A DNA stretch of 64,000 nt from an uncultured bacterium (GCA_903862465.1 CAIOYH010000068.1:280-64279); one strand, 5' to 3'; positions 51,188-61,633 are shown, numbered from the stretch's first letter. Program-made: numbers and translations. The notes: generated from the letters alone by a model not told the origin.

Positions 51188-51289
51188 AAAAGAAGAGTTT
51201 TTTATCTTTGCAGATATGATGAACTGCAAATTAAAACTAGAGAATTTAAATATAAATGGTAAGAACTAAAAGTCATTAAAGGAAACATT

Positions 51290-51871
51290 ATGAAGGATAA
51301 ATTAGAGGAAATATATAATAAAATCTATGTTGACAAGACGGAGAATACTAAAAGCATTATCACTCTGATTGAGCCTGAGATTGATGCCTTTATGAAAATT
51401 GAAACATCTGATAGTGATTGTTTTTTTATAGCCACTTACTTGATATCAGAGTTCGGCGTATCATTTTATAATCAGGGCTATCTTAAAAAAGCAAAACCAT
51501 ATATTGAAAAAGGTATTCAAAATATTGAATTGGATTATAATCAAAAAGATAAAGATGTATTTAAAGATGAACTCTATATTGAGCTAATATGGGTGCGAGG
51601 TGTGATAAATAATAATTTAAAAAAATACAGAATTGCAAGCCGTGATTTTAAATCATTAGTTGATCACTTTCCTGATAATGACCGGTATAAAAATTGGTAC
51701 AAAGGCTCTAAAAATTATACTATAAATCTGATAGAATGGGTATTGATTAGGATAATGTTCGTTTGTGTTCTTATTGGACTAGATCATAAAATGTTTTTAT
51801 TTATTTCAGCGGCTGCAGCTATAGGGCTTATTATTTCCTTAATATATAGATTTATAACAAGGGTTAAATAA
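51290..51871 (+). CDS. hypothetical protein with helical-repeat N-half and two C-terminal TM helices
   Basis: 193 aa, visibly AT-rich, ends WVLIRIMFVCVLIGL..FLFISAAAAIGLIISLIY. Confidence 0.5.
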   Translation: MKDKLEEIYNKIYVDKTENTKSIITLIEPEIDAFMKIETSDSDCFFIATYLISEFGVSFYNQGYLKKAKPYIEKGIQNIELDYNQKDKDVFKDELYIELIWVRGVINNNLKKYRIASRDFKSLVDHFPDNDRYKNWYKGSKNYTINLIEWVLIRIMFVCVLIGLDHKMFLFISAAAAIGLIISLIYRFITRVK

Positions 51872-51890
51872 AGAGTATAACACAATATCA

Positions 51891-51972
51891 TTCCCCCGCT
51901 CGGCGGTAGTCTCTGCCTCCGTCAAAAATATCCCGTTCGCCGCTATCCTCTACCTCCGTCAAAAATATCCCG
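51891..51972. repeat. tandem duplication (~41-45 bp) ending in CCTCCGTCAAAAATATCCCG
   Basis: ttcccccgctcggcggtagtctctgcctccgtcaaaaatatcccg followed by ttcgccgctatcctctacctccgtcaaaaatatcccg. Confidence 0.75.
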
Positions 51973-51995
51973 AGGGTTAAATTTTAATACTATAC

Positions 51996-52090
51996 CATAG
52001 CCCTGAAAGGGCGATATACACTAACAAAGGGTGTGAGCCCTGTGCTAAGAATAAACAAAAAACCACATAGCCCTGAAAGGGCAAAATATA
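51996..52090. repeat. two REP-like hairpins GCCC-tgaaa-GGGC in a 70-bp direct repeat
   Basis: catagccctgaaagggcgatataca (51996-52020) and catagccctgaaagggcaaaatata (52066-52090), immediately upstream of the transposase remnant. Confidence 0.7.
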
Positions 52091-52095
52091 GTAAC

Positions 52096-52158
52096 ATGGG
52101 ACAATCATTCGTTAGAAAATATCTACACCTCATTTTCAGAACAAAACATCGCCTGTAA
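52096..52158 (+). pseudogene. truncated N-terminal remnant of an IS200-like / REP-associated (Y1) transposase
   Basis: Hand translation: MGQSFVRKYLHLIFRTKHRL-stop. It matches the remembered N-terminal pattern M.QS....Y.H.IF.TK.R.P.I of Bacteroidota IS200-like transposases. Only 20 codons remain. Confidence 0.5.
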
Positions 52159-52338
52159 CCCGAATTCGCAACCTTCGCATAACAGATGTCGAATGACAAT
52201 TTATGACCACAAATGACAACTTAATGACCAAAATAACTCCCTAGTTAACCCATTGACCATTAATAACCAAGCGCACTCATAGTTCTATGTTCATAGTCCC
52301 GGTTTGATTCGGAACTATGAACACAGCGCTTATGAACT

Positions 52339-54111
52339 TTAATAAATTACAACATCAAACGGTAGGCGCGCCTGAACACCTTTTTGGGTTTTTAGATTTT
52401 GAAGATATTCGTAATAAACGTAGTTGTCGCCTAGGGCAGTTTTGATACTTTCGGCTTTGGTGTCTCCCATGAGGTCTTCAATAATCTGAGTGAAGGGGTC
52501 TTTGTATTTGGGATAGTTTACAATTTTATAGTCGGTGAGTTTGGCTAGTTTGGCAGCAACGTCAATAGCCTTTTGTAAGCCACCAATATCATCAACAAGT
52601 CCGATACGTTTGGCGTCGGTCCCTGTCCATACCCTACCCTGTCCGATAGAATCAACCTGTGCGCTTGTCATTTTCCTTCCTTCGGCAACATGGCTGACAA
52701 AAACTTTATAGATGTGTTCGATTTGTTTGGTTAATACGGAGGTTTCGAAAGGCTCCATGCCGCGGTTGGTGGTGATATAATCGGAATGTTTGTTGGTTTT
52801 AACCACGTCGAAGGTGATACCTAATTTATTTTTAAAGAAGTTTTCGAGATTGGGAATAACACCAAAAACACCGATAGAACCCGTTAGTGTATTTGGTTGA
52901 GCAATGATTTTGGCAGCGCCGCAAGCAATATAGTATCCGCCAGAAGCAGCGTAATCGCCCATGGAAACTACGACAGGTTTCACCTTTTGAGCTAAAACAA
53001 CTTCGCGCCAAATTACCTCAGAGGCTAAAGCACTTCCGCCCGGAGAATTTATCCGCAGTACAATGGCTCGCACGGAACTATCGCCACGAGCTTCGCGGAT
53101 GGCTTCGGACAAACCTTCAGAGCCGATGTTTTTTTCATCGCCTTTTCCGCCACTGATTTGTCCGGTGGCATAGACAATGGCGATTTTCTTTTTCCCGAAG
53201 GACAATTTCGTTTTTGCTTCTTTGCTACTCAGAAATTTTGGAAGCGTTACGAAAGAAATTTCATCGGTTTTGTTGTTCCCAAGCTTTGAGTTTATTTCTG
53301 CCAACACCTCATCGCGATACAACAATTTATCCACCAATTTATATTTCAAGGCATTTTCCGCGGTTTCTATTTTCAAACTGTCGGCAATGCTGTTCAAATC
53401 GGCTATAGAAATTTTACGTTGGGCAGAAACTCCATCAAGGATTTGTTTCCACATACCATCGAGCAATTTCTGATATTGTTCGCGGTTTGCATCGCTCATC
53501 TTGTCTAAAATAAATGGTTCGATGGCGCTTTTGAATTTGCCGTGACGAATAATCTGAGCTTTTACATCGAGCTTTTCTAATGTACCTTTAAAAAACATCA
53601 ACTCGGCGGCAAGACCTTTAAAGGTGAGGGCACCTTGAGGGTTGATATAAATTTGGTCGGCAACGCTAGCCACATAATAGGTTTTTTGAGTATAGTCTTC
53701 GCTATAGCTGATAATAAATTTACCCGACTTTTTGAATTCGAGCAAAGCATTTCGGATTTCTTCTACTGTAGCAATGCCAGCGGGAATGTCTGTTAAATCG
53801 AGAAACACGCCTTTAATTTTATCATCATCAGCGGCTCGTTGGAGTCCTTTTAGGATATTATCTAATCCTTGACTTTTTTTGTTTTCCATGGAGAAAAAAT
53901 TCATGTCGGCAAAAGGATTGTCTGATGTTCTGTCGGGAATTGCTTGGTCAAGTTTTAGCGTTAGTACAGAATTTTTATCCAATACCACTATGTTTTTTTT
54001 GGAAAAAGAAGCCAAAGAAGCTAGAATTGAAAAAAATATCAACCCCATAACAAGGGATAAGACGAAATAACCAGCCATAGAGGCTAGCATCATTTTAAAA
54101 AATTGTTTCAT
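52339..54111 (-). CDS. sppA: signal peptide peptidase SppA, 67K type
   Basis: 590 aa with an N-terminal TM and two S49 repeats. Contains ..MGDYAASGGYYIACGA.. and IVLRINSPGGSA. Confidence 0.9.
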   Translation of the reverse strand: MKQFFKMMLASMAGYFVLSLVMGLIFFSILASLASFSKKNIVVLDKNSVLTLKLDQAIPDRTSDNPFADMNFFSMENKKSQGLDNILKGLQRAADDDKIKGVFLDLTDIPAGIATVEEIRNALLEFKKSGKFIISYSEDYTQKTYYVASVADQIYINPQGALTFKGLAAELMFFKGTLEKLDVKAQIIRHGKFKSAIEPFILDKMSDANREQYQKLLDGMWKQILDGVSAQRKISIADLNSIADSLKIETAENALKYKLVDKLLYRDEVLAEINSKLGNNKTDEISFVTLPKFLSSKEAKTKLSFGKKKIAIVYATGQISGGKGDEKNIGSEGLSEAIREARGDSSVRAIVLRINSPGGSALASEVIWREVVLAQKVKPVVVSMGDYAASGGYYIACGAAKIIAQPNTLTGSIGVFGVIPNLENFFKNKLGITFDVVKTNKHSDYITTNRGMEPFETSVLTKQIEHIYKVFVSHVAEGRKMTSAQVDSIGQGRVWTGTDAKRIGLVDDIGGLQKAIDVAAKLAKLTDYKIVNYPKYKDPFTQIIEDLMGDTKAESIKTALGDNYVYYEYLQNLKTQKGVQARLPFDVVIY

Positions 54112-54257
54112 AACTGTTTTATTTATTTGGTTAAACGTTTTTTTGTTTTTGGTAAAATTACTAAAAAATATTCTTTTTGACGCATTAAAAATATATTTGT
54201 TACAAAGTAAATCAAAATAATTCTTATTTTTATGGTTTTTAAAATAAATGTGATATT

Positions 54258-54749
54258 ATGGTTTGTTTTTCACTAGGAAGTAATCTTGGAAACAGAATAG
54301 AATTTTTACGGCAAGCATTGCAAATGCTTGAAGAAAGAGTTGGGAAAATGCTTAGTATTTCCTCCATCTACGAAACGGAGCCTTGGGGCGTTGATGGTCA
54401 TCAGAATTATTATAATCTTGTGGCATGGTTTGATACTAAGCTTTTGCCTGACGAGGTTTTGGAGACAGCGATGATTATTGAAAAAGAATTAGGCAGAATG
54501 CGTATAAAAAATATGATTGAACCTAGGACCATTGATATTGATATCCTTTTTTATAACAACCTTATAATAGATACTAAATCTTTAAAGATTCCTCATCCTT
54601 TGATAAAAAATCGTAATTTTGTCTTGGTTCCATTAGCTGAAGTTTCGGGAGAGTTTGTACATCCTGAGCAGATGGTTACCATCAATGAATTAGTAAAATT
54701 ATGTAAGGATACGTCAATTATAATAAAAACAGATATAAAGATAAAATAA
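54258..54749 (+). CDS. folK: 2-amino-4-hydroxy-6-hydroxymethyldihydropteridine diphosphokinase
   Basis: SLGSNLGNR, YETEPWG, RTIDIDILFY, IPHPLIKNRNFVLVPLAE. Confidence 0.9.
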   Translation: MVCFSLGSNLGNRIEFLRQALQMLEERVGKMLSISSIYETEPWGVDGHQNYYNLVAWFDTKLLPDEVLETAMIIEKELGRMRIKNMIEPRTIDIDILFYNNLIIDTKSLKIPHPLIKNRNFVLVPLAEVSGEFVHPEQMVTINELVKLCKDTSIIIKTDIKIK

Positions 54750-54750
54750 A

Positions 54751-55386
54751 ATGCTGTACAATTTTATAGCTATAGAAGGAAATATAGGAGCCGGAAAAAC
54801 GTCGTTAGCGACAAAAATGGCAGAAGAGTTTAATGCTCGGCTTATTTTGGAACAATTTGAAGACAATGCTTTTCTGCCGAAGTTTTATAAAGATCCATCA
54901 AAATATGCTTTTCCGCTTGAATTGACATTTTTGGCTGAACGATATCAACAATTGAAGGACAAACTGACCAATCGGGATTTGTTTAATCCGTTTACACTTT
55001 CCGACTATTATATCTATAAATCGGAGATTTTTGCTAAGAAAACGCTTCCCCCGGATGAGTTTGCTTTATACTCGCGTTTGTTTCATATCATAAATTCCAC
55101 ACTACCTAAGCCGGATTTATTGGTATATTTATATGTAGAAGTTCCGCGGCTCAAAAAAAACATTACGATGAGAGGTCGAGATTATGAACAAAATATTGAG
55201 CACGACTATTTGGATCGGATACAATCCGGTTATTTTGATTTTATCAAACAGCAACAAGATTTACGTATATTGATTCTCGATATCAATCAGCTTGATTTTG
55301 TTCACAACAACACGGATTACAAAAAGATTGTGGATTTGATTATGAAAGAATATCCTATAGGTATTCATCGAGTTATTGTAAAATAA
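54751..55386 (+). CDS. deoxynucleoside kinase
   Basis: IAIEGNIGAGKTSLA P-loop, an ERS-like segment and a DRY-like region (MRGRDYE). 1-nt spacer after folK. Confidence 0.85.
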   Translation: MLYNFIAIEGNIGAGKTSLATKMAEEFNARLILEQFEDNAFLPKFYKDPSKYAFPLELTFLAERYQQLKDKLTNRDLFNPFTLSDYYIYKSEIFAKKTLPPDEFALYSRLFHIINSTLPKPDLLVYLYVEVPRLKKNITMRGRDYEQNIEHDYLDRIQSGYFDFIKQQQDLRILILDINQLDFVHNNTDYKKIVDLIMKEYPIGIHRVIVK

Positions 55387-55400
55387 AGGGCATAAAAAAA

Positions 55401-55425
55401 CTCCGACCATGGTCGGAGTTTTTTT
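55401..55425. terminator. bidirectional intrinsic terminator between convergent genes
   Basis: The perfect palindrome CTCCGACCATGGTCGGAG flanked by A7 and T7. Confidence 0.8.
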
Positions 55426-55443
55426 AATGTGTTACATTCTCAT

Positions 55444-57249
55444 TTATTTGATAGCATCTTTGAAAGCTGCATCTTTTTGATATTTGAGAAATTCTCTGTC
55501 TTCAGAGGCTTCTTTTTTGTATTTAGAATCCAATTCGATGGCTTTCTTTACAAATTCGTATAATACCGAAGTTTGAGCAGAACGGGCAGCGTTAACAGCA
55601 ATTAGATAATAAACAGCTGCTGTTTGTGGTTTGGTGCAATCTAAGGTTTGTTTTGCGCCTGCTGTATTACCCGAAAGCAGTTGAGCTAAGGCAATATTGT
55701 ACTTGCATTTCTTACCACCAAAAGAATTTAATGCACCTGCATAGTCGCCTTTGCGAATTTTCATGATGCCTTCATTGAAGCTAACATCAATGTTTTTAGC
55801 TTTTGCATCGCTGAAATATTTTGCTGCTTCATCATCATTTTTATTCCAGAAAGCTAGAACTCCAAGATTATAAAGAACCTGACCGTTGTTTGGGCTTAAG
55901 GTGTTCGCTTTGCTCAAATAGTTAGCGGCTTCGTCTGTTTTTCCAAGTAACAAAGCGCAAGCACCGGCATTGTTATACCCTTTCCAATCTTGAGGATAAA
56001 TAGTAGTTGCTGATTTGTAAATTTGATATTTGGTGCTTACGTTTTCGGTTAGGGTAGCTGAATATAAAAGCTCTTTGTTGTCGAGTTTTTCAGGAGCAGT
56101 AGTTGAGAGCATAATAATTTCTTCTTTCGATTTTTTAGGCTCATAGCAATTTACAACAAATTCGGCTCTTCTAAGAACTGAAAGCATGGTTTCAACTTCT
56201 GCATAGATAACCGTCATATCCTTAATCGCTTTTTCTCTTTCTTCTTTTTTCTCTTGGCTCTTAATTACGTTTTCGATTGTTTGTTTTTGAGGAATGTTCG
56301 AAGCATTTAAGGCTTTCATGAAACCATCAAAATCTTCACCTTTAGAAATAACGCTAATAGGAAGTTGTGGAACTTCTGCTTTGGCAACTTTAGCAGCCTT
56401 TTTATCTTTAGATACGGGCTCTTCAGGTTTTGCGCCATTGATTAATTTTTTGTCTTTTAAAAGTTTCTTTACCAAATCGTCAAACCATTGGTTACCTGTT
56501 TTTCCGCGTTCTTCAGAAAGTTTTTGGTTCAAGGTGAGTTCGCCTTCAGGAGAAGCCCAAGCATTAATCTCAATGCTTTTTACTTTCCAATTTCTGCAAA
56601 GAAACGCTAATAAAGAATCTTTAATAGCAATGTTTGCTTTGTCTTTATTTAAAGCTAGGTTCAAATCTAGATTTGATTTGTTGTAAGCGAAATACAAGTT
56701 TGCTTTTTTGGTGATGATGGTTTCGAGTTCATAACCATGTTCCGCAATTTGTGTTTCTTCTTCTCTTTCAATTCGGGTTGAAGTGTAAATAACACCATCA
56801 GCAAGTTTTGTGCTTCCTAAAGCAACATCAACTTTTTTTCCTTTGGTTGCTAATGGTCCAACAAAAAGTTCAGACGTATTCATACCCGGGTCATACGTTA
56901 TTATATCGGTATATGAAAAACTTCCTCCTTCTTTAAATTTAATAATTTGTCCATCGCCTTTTGCTTTTTCGCCTTTTAAGGTGATTGACTTAAGTTTTGC
57001 AACTTCCGTTCCTTGTAAGTTTTTTAAAACAGGAGTTACTTTTACAGATGCTTTTTTATTGAAATATTTTGCGGGAATTGTTCCGTTGATAGTAACAGAA
57101 ATTTTTCCGCCATGTGTTTCAAGTACCTGAGGAGTCACGGTATATTTTACAGTTGGGTACTTTTTAATCATTTTTCCCAAGCCGCAACCCGTGAACATTA
57201 CTACTGACAGTAAGACTGCAGCAAGAATTTTTAAGTTGAAGTGTTTCAT
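55444..57249 (-). CDS. lipoprotein with OmpA-like segment and C-terminal TPR repeats
   Basis: Lipobox MFTGC. INAWASPEGELTLNQKLSEERGK is an OmpA-like ASPEG motif. The C-terminal third contains TPR-like repeats. Confidence 0.65.
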   Translation of the reverse strand: MKHFNLKILAAVLLSVVMFTGCGLGKMIKKYPTVKYTVTPQVLETHGGKISVTINGTIPAKYFNKKASVKVTPVLKNLQGTEVAKLKSITLKGEKAKGDGQIIKFKEGGSFSYTDIITYDPGMNTSELFVGPLATKGKKVDVALGSTKLADGVIYTSTRIEREEETQIAEHGYELETIITKKANLYFAYNKSNLDLNLALNKDKANIAIKDSLLAFLCRNWKVKSIEINAWASPEGELTLNQKLSEERGKTGNQWFDDLVKKLLKDKKLINGAKPEEPVSKDKKAAKVAKAEVPQLPISVISKGEDFDGFMKALNASNIPQKQTIENVIKSQEKKEEREKAIKDMTVIYAEVETMLSVLRRAEFVVNCYEPKKSKEEIIMLSTTAPEKLDNKELLYSATLTENVSTKYQIYKSATTIYPQDWKGYNNAGACALLLGKTDEAANYLSKANTLSPNNGQVLYNLGVLAFWNKNDDEAAKYFSDAKAKNIDVSFNEGIMKIRKGDYAGALNSFGGKKCKYNIALAQLLSGNTAGAKQTLDCTKPQTAAVYYLIAVNAARSAQTSVLYEFVKKAIELDSKYKKEASEDREFLKYQKDAAFKDAIK

Positions 57250-57406
57250 AAATTTTATTTTTTTTCGTTAATAATTATTCTGATTTGACTTTTACGTTGC
57301 AAATATAAAAAAAGATACCTTACGAACAGAAAAAAAAATAAAAAATCTTTATTTATTTTTTTTAATGACAGGCAAATATACATACTTTTTATAAATAATT
57401 CGTGTG

Positions 57407-57958
57407 TTAAATTGATATTTTCAGTTTGCTTTTCTTGATTTTGGCAAACATGTCCCAAAGTACAATACCTGCACTTACGGAAATATTGAAGGAATGTTTC
57501 GTTCCAAATTGCGGAATTTCAATGCAAAAATCACATTCTTTCAAAACATTTTCATCAACGCCATTAATTTCATTCCCGAATATCACAGCATATTTTGTGT
57601 TAGGTTCGGGCGAAAAGTCTTCTAAACTTATACTATTGTCTGTCTGTTCTATTCCAATAATTTTAAATTTTTCATTTTGAAGCTGTTTTAATGCCTCTTT
57701 GGTGTTTTCATAATATTCCCAAACAACAGACTCGGTTGCATCAAGAGCTGTTTTTTGTATTTCGCGATGCGGCGGGGTTGCCGTAATTCCACACAGAACT
57801 AATTTTTCTATTCGAAATGCATCACACGTTCTGAAAACAGAACCAATATTATGCATACTTCGGATATTATCCAATATGACAACTATCTTGGTTTTTTCCT
57901 GTTTTTTGAAATCCTCTATGCTTATCCGATTTAATTCGTCAGTTTTAAGTTTTCTCAT
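57407..57958 (-). CDS. TrmH/SpoU-family RNA methyltransferase (short form)
   Basis: SMHNIGSVFRTCDAF, VIFGNEINGV, IEIPQFGTKHSFNISVSAGIVLWD. Confidence 0.85.
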   Translation of the reverse strand: MRKLKTDELNRISIEDFKKQEKTKIVVILDNIRSMHNIGSVFRTCDAFRIEKLVLCGITATPPHREIQKTALDATESVVWEYYENTKEALKQLQNEKFKIIGIEQTDNSISLEDFSPEPNTKYAVIFGNEINGVDENVLKECDFCIEIPQFGTKHSFNISVSAGIVLWDMFAKIKKSKLKISI

Positions 57959-57995
57959 GTATTCTTTTTTGAGGGTGTAAAATTAATAAAAAAAA

Positions 57996-58016
57996 CCACT
58001 CAAATGCATTGAGTGG
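57996..58016. terminator. bidirectional intrinsic terminator downstream of the ssb-like gene
   Basis: CCACTCAA-atgca-TTGAGTGG flanked by A8 and T9. Confidence 0.75.
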
Positions 58017-58042
58017 TTTTTTTTATAAAACAGTCGCTATTT

Positions 58043-58402
58043 TTAAGCAACCATTTCTGACATTTTTTTGCTGATTTCAACAGCTTCAAAACTCAATGCT
58101 CTTATTTCAACAACATTTTGTTCCACGCCATTTTTATCCGTATATTTACGATATACGATTTTGCCATGTAAACTTACAAAAGTTCCTTTCCTAATCTTTG
58201 AAAGAGCTTCTTCTGAAAGTTTGTCCCACATAACGATGTTGTGCCATGTTGTGTCGCGCACCCATTCGTCGTTACGATTTTTGTAACTGTTGCTTGTGGC
58301 AAGAGAAAAGCGAAGCATTTGGCTGCCGTTTTTCAATGTTTTTACTTCAGGATTCATGCCTGCAAATCCACTTAATTCTACTTTGTTAATTGACTTTTCC
58401 AT
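58043..58402 (-). CDS. ssb: short single-stranded DNA-binding protein (OB fold only)
   Basis: The ATG at 58402 gives MEKSINKVELSGFAGMNPEVKTLKNGSQMLRFSLATSNSYKNRNDEWVRDTTWHNIVMW. It has no Gly-rich linker or acidic C-terminal tip. The track start at 58477 adds an implausible leader. Confidence 0.75.
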   Translation of the reverse strand: MEKSINKVELSGFAGMNPEVKTLKNGSQMLRFSLATSNSYKNRNDEWVRDTTWHNIVMWDKLSEEALSKIRKGTFVSLHGKIVYRKYTDKNGVEQNVVEIRALSFEAVEISKKMSEMVA

Positions 58403-58549
58403 AAAAATTGTTTTTTTTGTTTGTACTTTTTTATTTATTTTTAATTTGAAGATGCAAAGTAACCACCTCTTGGACAATTTATTCGGTTATTAAATATTTG
58501 TATTCGGATATAGTCGTTTATAAACGTTTGTAAACGGATAAATTTTTTG

Positions 58550-58557
58550 TACTTTTG
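58550..58557 (+). promoter_or_regulatory. -7 box TACTTTTG with -33 TTTG (58527-58530)
   Basis: 19-nt spacing between the boxes. It lies 25 nt upstream of the ATG at 58583. Confidence 0.5.
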
Positions 58558-58582
58558 TGGATTCATATTAAAAATCAATGCT

Positions 58583-58951
58583 ATGAGTGAAAAGCGAAAA
58601 TGTCTTGACTGCGGAGAAGAATTCAGCGGAAGAATTGATAAAAAATTCTGCTCGGATATGTGCCGCAATTCGTATAACAATAAATTGAATAGCAATTCGA
58701 CCAAATTGGAGCGCAACATCAATGCAATATTGCGTAAAAATCGTCGAATACTTGAAACATTAAATCCTGAGGAAAAAACCAAGGTGCATAAAAAGAAGTT
58801 GGTGGACAAGGGTTTTGACTTTAATTATTTCACGAATATTTATAAAACCCAAAAAGGTACTATCTATTATTTTTGTTATGAACAAGGCTATTTAGCCTTA
58901 GAAAATGATTTCTATTTTTTGGTCATTAATAAAAAGATTAAGGAAGTTTAA
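58583..58951 (+). CDS. conserved hypothetical protein with N-terminal zinc-ribbon-like CxxC..CxxxC
   Basis: MSEKRKCLDCGEEFSGRIDKKFCSDMCRNSYN... The ATG at 58583 lies downstream of the promoter boxes. The track start at 58547 is TTG, upstream of the -7 box. Confidence 0.6.
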   Translation: MSEKRKCLDCGEEFSGRIDKKFCSDMCRNSYNNKLNSNSTKLERNINAILRKNRRILETLNPEEKTKVHKKKLVDKGFDFNYFTNIYKTQKGTIYYFCYEQGYLALENDFYFLVINKKIKEV

Positions 58952-58982
58952 ATTCCTTTCTTTGTTTTCTTGACAAAAAGCC

Positions 58983-58990
58983 TAACTTTG
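58983..58990 (+). promoter_or_regulatory. -7 box TAACTTTG with -33 TTTG (58961-58964) upstream of mutS
   Basis: 18-nt spacing between the boxes. The predicted transcription start near 58997 argues against the TTG at 58970 as the start codon. Confidence 0.45.
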
Positions 58991-59005
58991 TATAAAAATT
59001 TTCAA

Positions 59006-61633
59006 GTGTCAGATATTAAAAAAGAAATTGCCGAAACTCCTTTAATGAAACAACATAACGCTATCAAGGCGAAATATCCTGATGCGTTGTTGCTATTTCG
59101 AGTGGGAGATTTTTATGAAACCTTTGGCGAAGATGCAATCAAAACTGCAAACATTCTAGGGATAGTGCTAACGCGCCGAGCCAACGGTTCGGCATCTTAT
59201 ATCGAATTGGCAGGCTTTCCTTATCATGCCCTCGATACGTATTTGCCGAAACTCGTAAAGGCAGGTTTGCGCGTGGCAATATGCGATCAATTGGAAGACC
59301 CGAAGCTCACAAAAAAAATTGTGAAGCGCGGCATCACCGAAATTGTTACCCCCGGTGTGGCTTACAACGATAAAGTTCTTGACCATAAAGAAAATAATTT
59401 TTTAGCGGGCTTACACTTGGGTCCACGAATCGTTGGGGTTTCTTTTTTGGATATTTCGACCGGAGAGTTTTATTTGGCTGAAGGCAGTAAAGACTATGTA
59501 GATAATTTGCTGCAAAGTTTCCGTCCGAATGAAGTGATATTGCAAAAAAGCAAACAGCGCGAATTTATAGAAAACTTTGGAGACAAATTCTATACATCCA
59601 CCTTCGACGATTGGGTTTTTACTCCCGACTTTGCCAATAATATATTGCTGAATCATTTTCAAACGACATCTTTAAAAGGCTTCGGTATTGATGATTTGGA
59701 TTCCGGCATCATCGCAGCCGGGGCAGCCTTGCATTATCTTGCCGAAACGCAACATGATAAAATCAGTCATATTTCAAAGCTTTCGCGTATCGAAGAAGAC
59801 CGCTATGTGTGGATTGACCGTTTTACAATTCGAAATTTGGAGTTGTTACATTCGTCGAATGAAAAAGCGCTGACACTGCTTGATATTATTGACCAAACCC
59901 TCACCCCTATGGGTAGCCGCCTGTTGAAACGTTGGTTTGTGATGCCTTTGAAAGATAAGCAACGCATAGAAGAACGCCTCAACATCGTGGAGCATTTTAT
60001 AAAAAATGATGAATTTTCAGAAGAACTGCGTAAAAACGTAAAACTGATTGGCGATTTGGAACGACTCATCTCCAAGGTAGCTATCGGGAAAATCAATCCT
60101 CGCGAAGTGGTTCAGATCAAGCGTGCTCTCAATGCCATTGAACACATAAAAACAACTTTTGATACTTCTGAAAATCTTGCCTTGAAAAAGATAGGCGAGC
60201 AGCTTAATTCGTGTAAAATCATCAGGGATAGAATCGAACATGATTTGAATGACGATCCTCCTGCCTTGGCAAACAAAGGCAATGTGATTGCGAATGGAGT
60301 ATCTGAAGATTTGGATGAACTTCGCCAATTGGCTTATTCAGGCAAAGATTATTTGGTACAAGTGCAGCAGCGCGAAAGCGAACTCACGGGGATTCCTTCT
60401 TTGAAAATATCGTTTAATAATGTTTTTGGCTATTATATAGAGGTAACAAACACCCATAAAAACAAAGTGCCCGACACATGGACGCGGAAACAAACCCTCG
60501 CCAATTGCGAACGATATATCACCGAAGAGTTGAAAGAATACGAAGAAAAGATATTGGGCGCCGAAGAAAAGATATTGGCTTTGGAAACGGAATTATATAA
60601 CGAATTGGTCATCGCCTTGTTCGATTATATAAAACCCATACAATTGAATGCTTCGTTGACGGCTTTGACCGATTGTTTGTTATCATTTGCCACCATTGCG
60701 GTTCGCAACAATTATACACGTCCGCATGTCAACGAATCTTTGGTGATAGATATAAAAAATGGACGGCATCCTGTTATAGAACAAAACCTGCCTGCCGGAG
60801 AAAAATATATTGCCAACGATGTGTATTTGGACGATACAAAACAACAAATCATCATCATCACGGGACCGAATATGGCGGGAAAGTCGGCATTGCTGCGGCA
60901 AACTGCTTTAATTGTTTTGTTGGCACAGATTGGCAGCTATGTGCCTGCCGAATCGGCGGAGATCGGAATCGTGGATAAAATCTTTACACGCGTGGGTGCT
61001 TCTGACAATATTTCTTCGGGCGAATCTACCTTTATGGTGGAAATGAACGAAACCGCGAGCATCTTGAACAATATTTCTTCACGCAGTTTGATTTTGTTGG
61101 ACGAAATCGGGCGCGGAACCTCCACTTATGATGGCATTTCTATCGCATGGGCTATTGCAGAATATCTGCACGAAAACCGTCTGTTTAAACCCAAAGTGCT
61201 TTTTGCTACGCATTATCATGAGTTGAACGAAATGGCAAAATCAATGCCCGGGATTAAGAATTATCACGTAAGTGTGAAAGAAATCAGCAACAAAATCATC
61301 TTTTTGCGCAAGTTGGTACCCGGAGGCACCGAACATAGTTTTGGGATACATGTGGCAAAGATGGCGGGCATTCCGCAACGCATCATTGACCGCGCCAACG
61401 AATTGTTGCATCAATTGGAAAAAGACCATAGCAATAGCGAGTTAACCGTAGTGAGCAGCCCACGACAACAAAGCAACCCCGATAATTACCAATTGAGTTT
61501 TATTCAGTTGGACGATCCTCTGCTCGAACAAATTAAAGACGACATTTTGAAAACGGATATCAATACGCTCACGCCTGTGGAGGCTTTGATGAAACTGAAT
61601 GAGATAAAGAATTTGTTGAAGAAAAAGAAATGA
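59006..61633 (+). CDS. mutS: DNA mismatch repair protein MutS
   Basis: [35 protein letters not shown], Walker [23 protein letters not shown]. The start is uncertain (GTG 59006 preferred; TTG 58970 or ATG 59045 possible). The stop is fixed at 61633. Confidence 0.9.
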   Translation: MSDIKKEIAETPLMKQHNAIKAKYPDALLLFRVGDFYETFGEDAIKTANILGIVLTRRANGSASYIELAGFPYHALDTYLPKLVKAGLRVAICDQLEDPKLTKKIVKRGITEIVTPGVAYNDKVLDHKENNFLAGLHLGPRIVGVSFLDISTGEFYLAEGSKDYVDNLLQSFRPNEVILQKSKQREFIENFGDKFYTSTFDDWVFTPDFANNILLNHFQTTSLKGFGIDDLDSGIIAAGAALHYLAETQHDKISHISKLSRIEEDRYVWIDRFTIRNLELLHSSNEKALTLLDIIDQTLTPMGSRLLKRWFVMPLKDKQRIEERLNIVEHFIKNDEFSEELRKNVKLIGDLERLISKVAIGKINPREVVQIKRALNAIEHIKTTFDTSENLALKKIGEQLNSCKIIRDRIEHDLNDDPPALANKGNVIANGVSEDLDELRQLAYSGKDYLVQVQQRESELTGIPSLKISFNNVFGYYIEVTNTHKNKVPDTWTRKQTLANCERYITEELKEYEEKILGAEEKILALETELYNELVIALFDYIKPIQLNASLTALTDCLLSFATIAVRNNYTRPHVNESLVIDIKNGRHPVIEQNLPAGEKYIANDVYLDDTKQQIIIITGPNMAGKSALLRQTALIVLLAQIGSYVPAESAEIGIVDKIFTRVGASDNISSGESTFMVEMNETASILNNISSRSLILLDEIGRGTSTYDGISIAWAIAEYLHENRLFKPKVLFATHYHELNEMAKSMPGIKNYHVSVKEISNKIIFLRKLVPGGTEHSFGIHVAKMAGIPQRIIDRANELLHQLEKDHSNSELTVVSSPRQQSNPDNYQLSFIQLDDPLLEQIKDDILKTDINTLTPVEALMKLNEIKNLLKKKK

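Noticed and set aside
51990-52199. 69-aa minus-strand ORF
   Set aside because: It is antisense to the REP hairpins and the transposase stub. The + strand reading gives a recognisable Y1-transposase N-terminus instead.
57255-57458. 67-aa minus-strand ORF in the AT-rich spacer
   Set aside because: It overlaps the 3' end of the TrmH-like gene and poly-A/T runs. The peptide is low-complexity.
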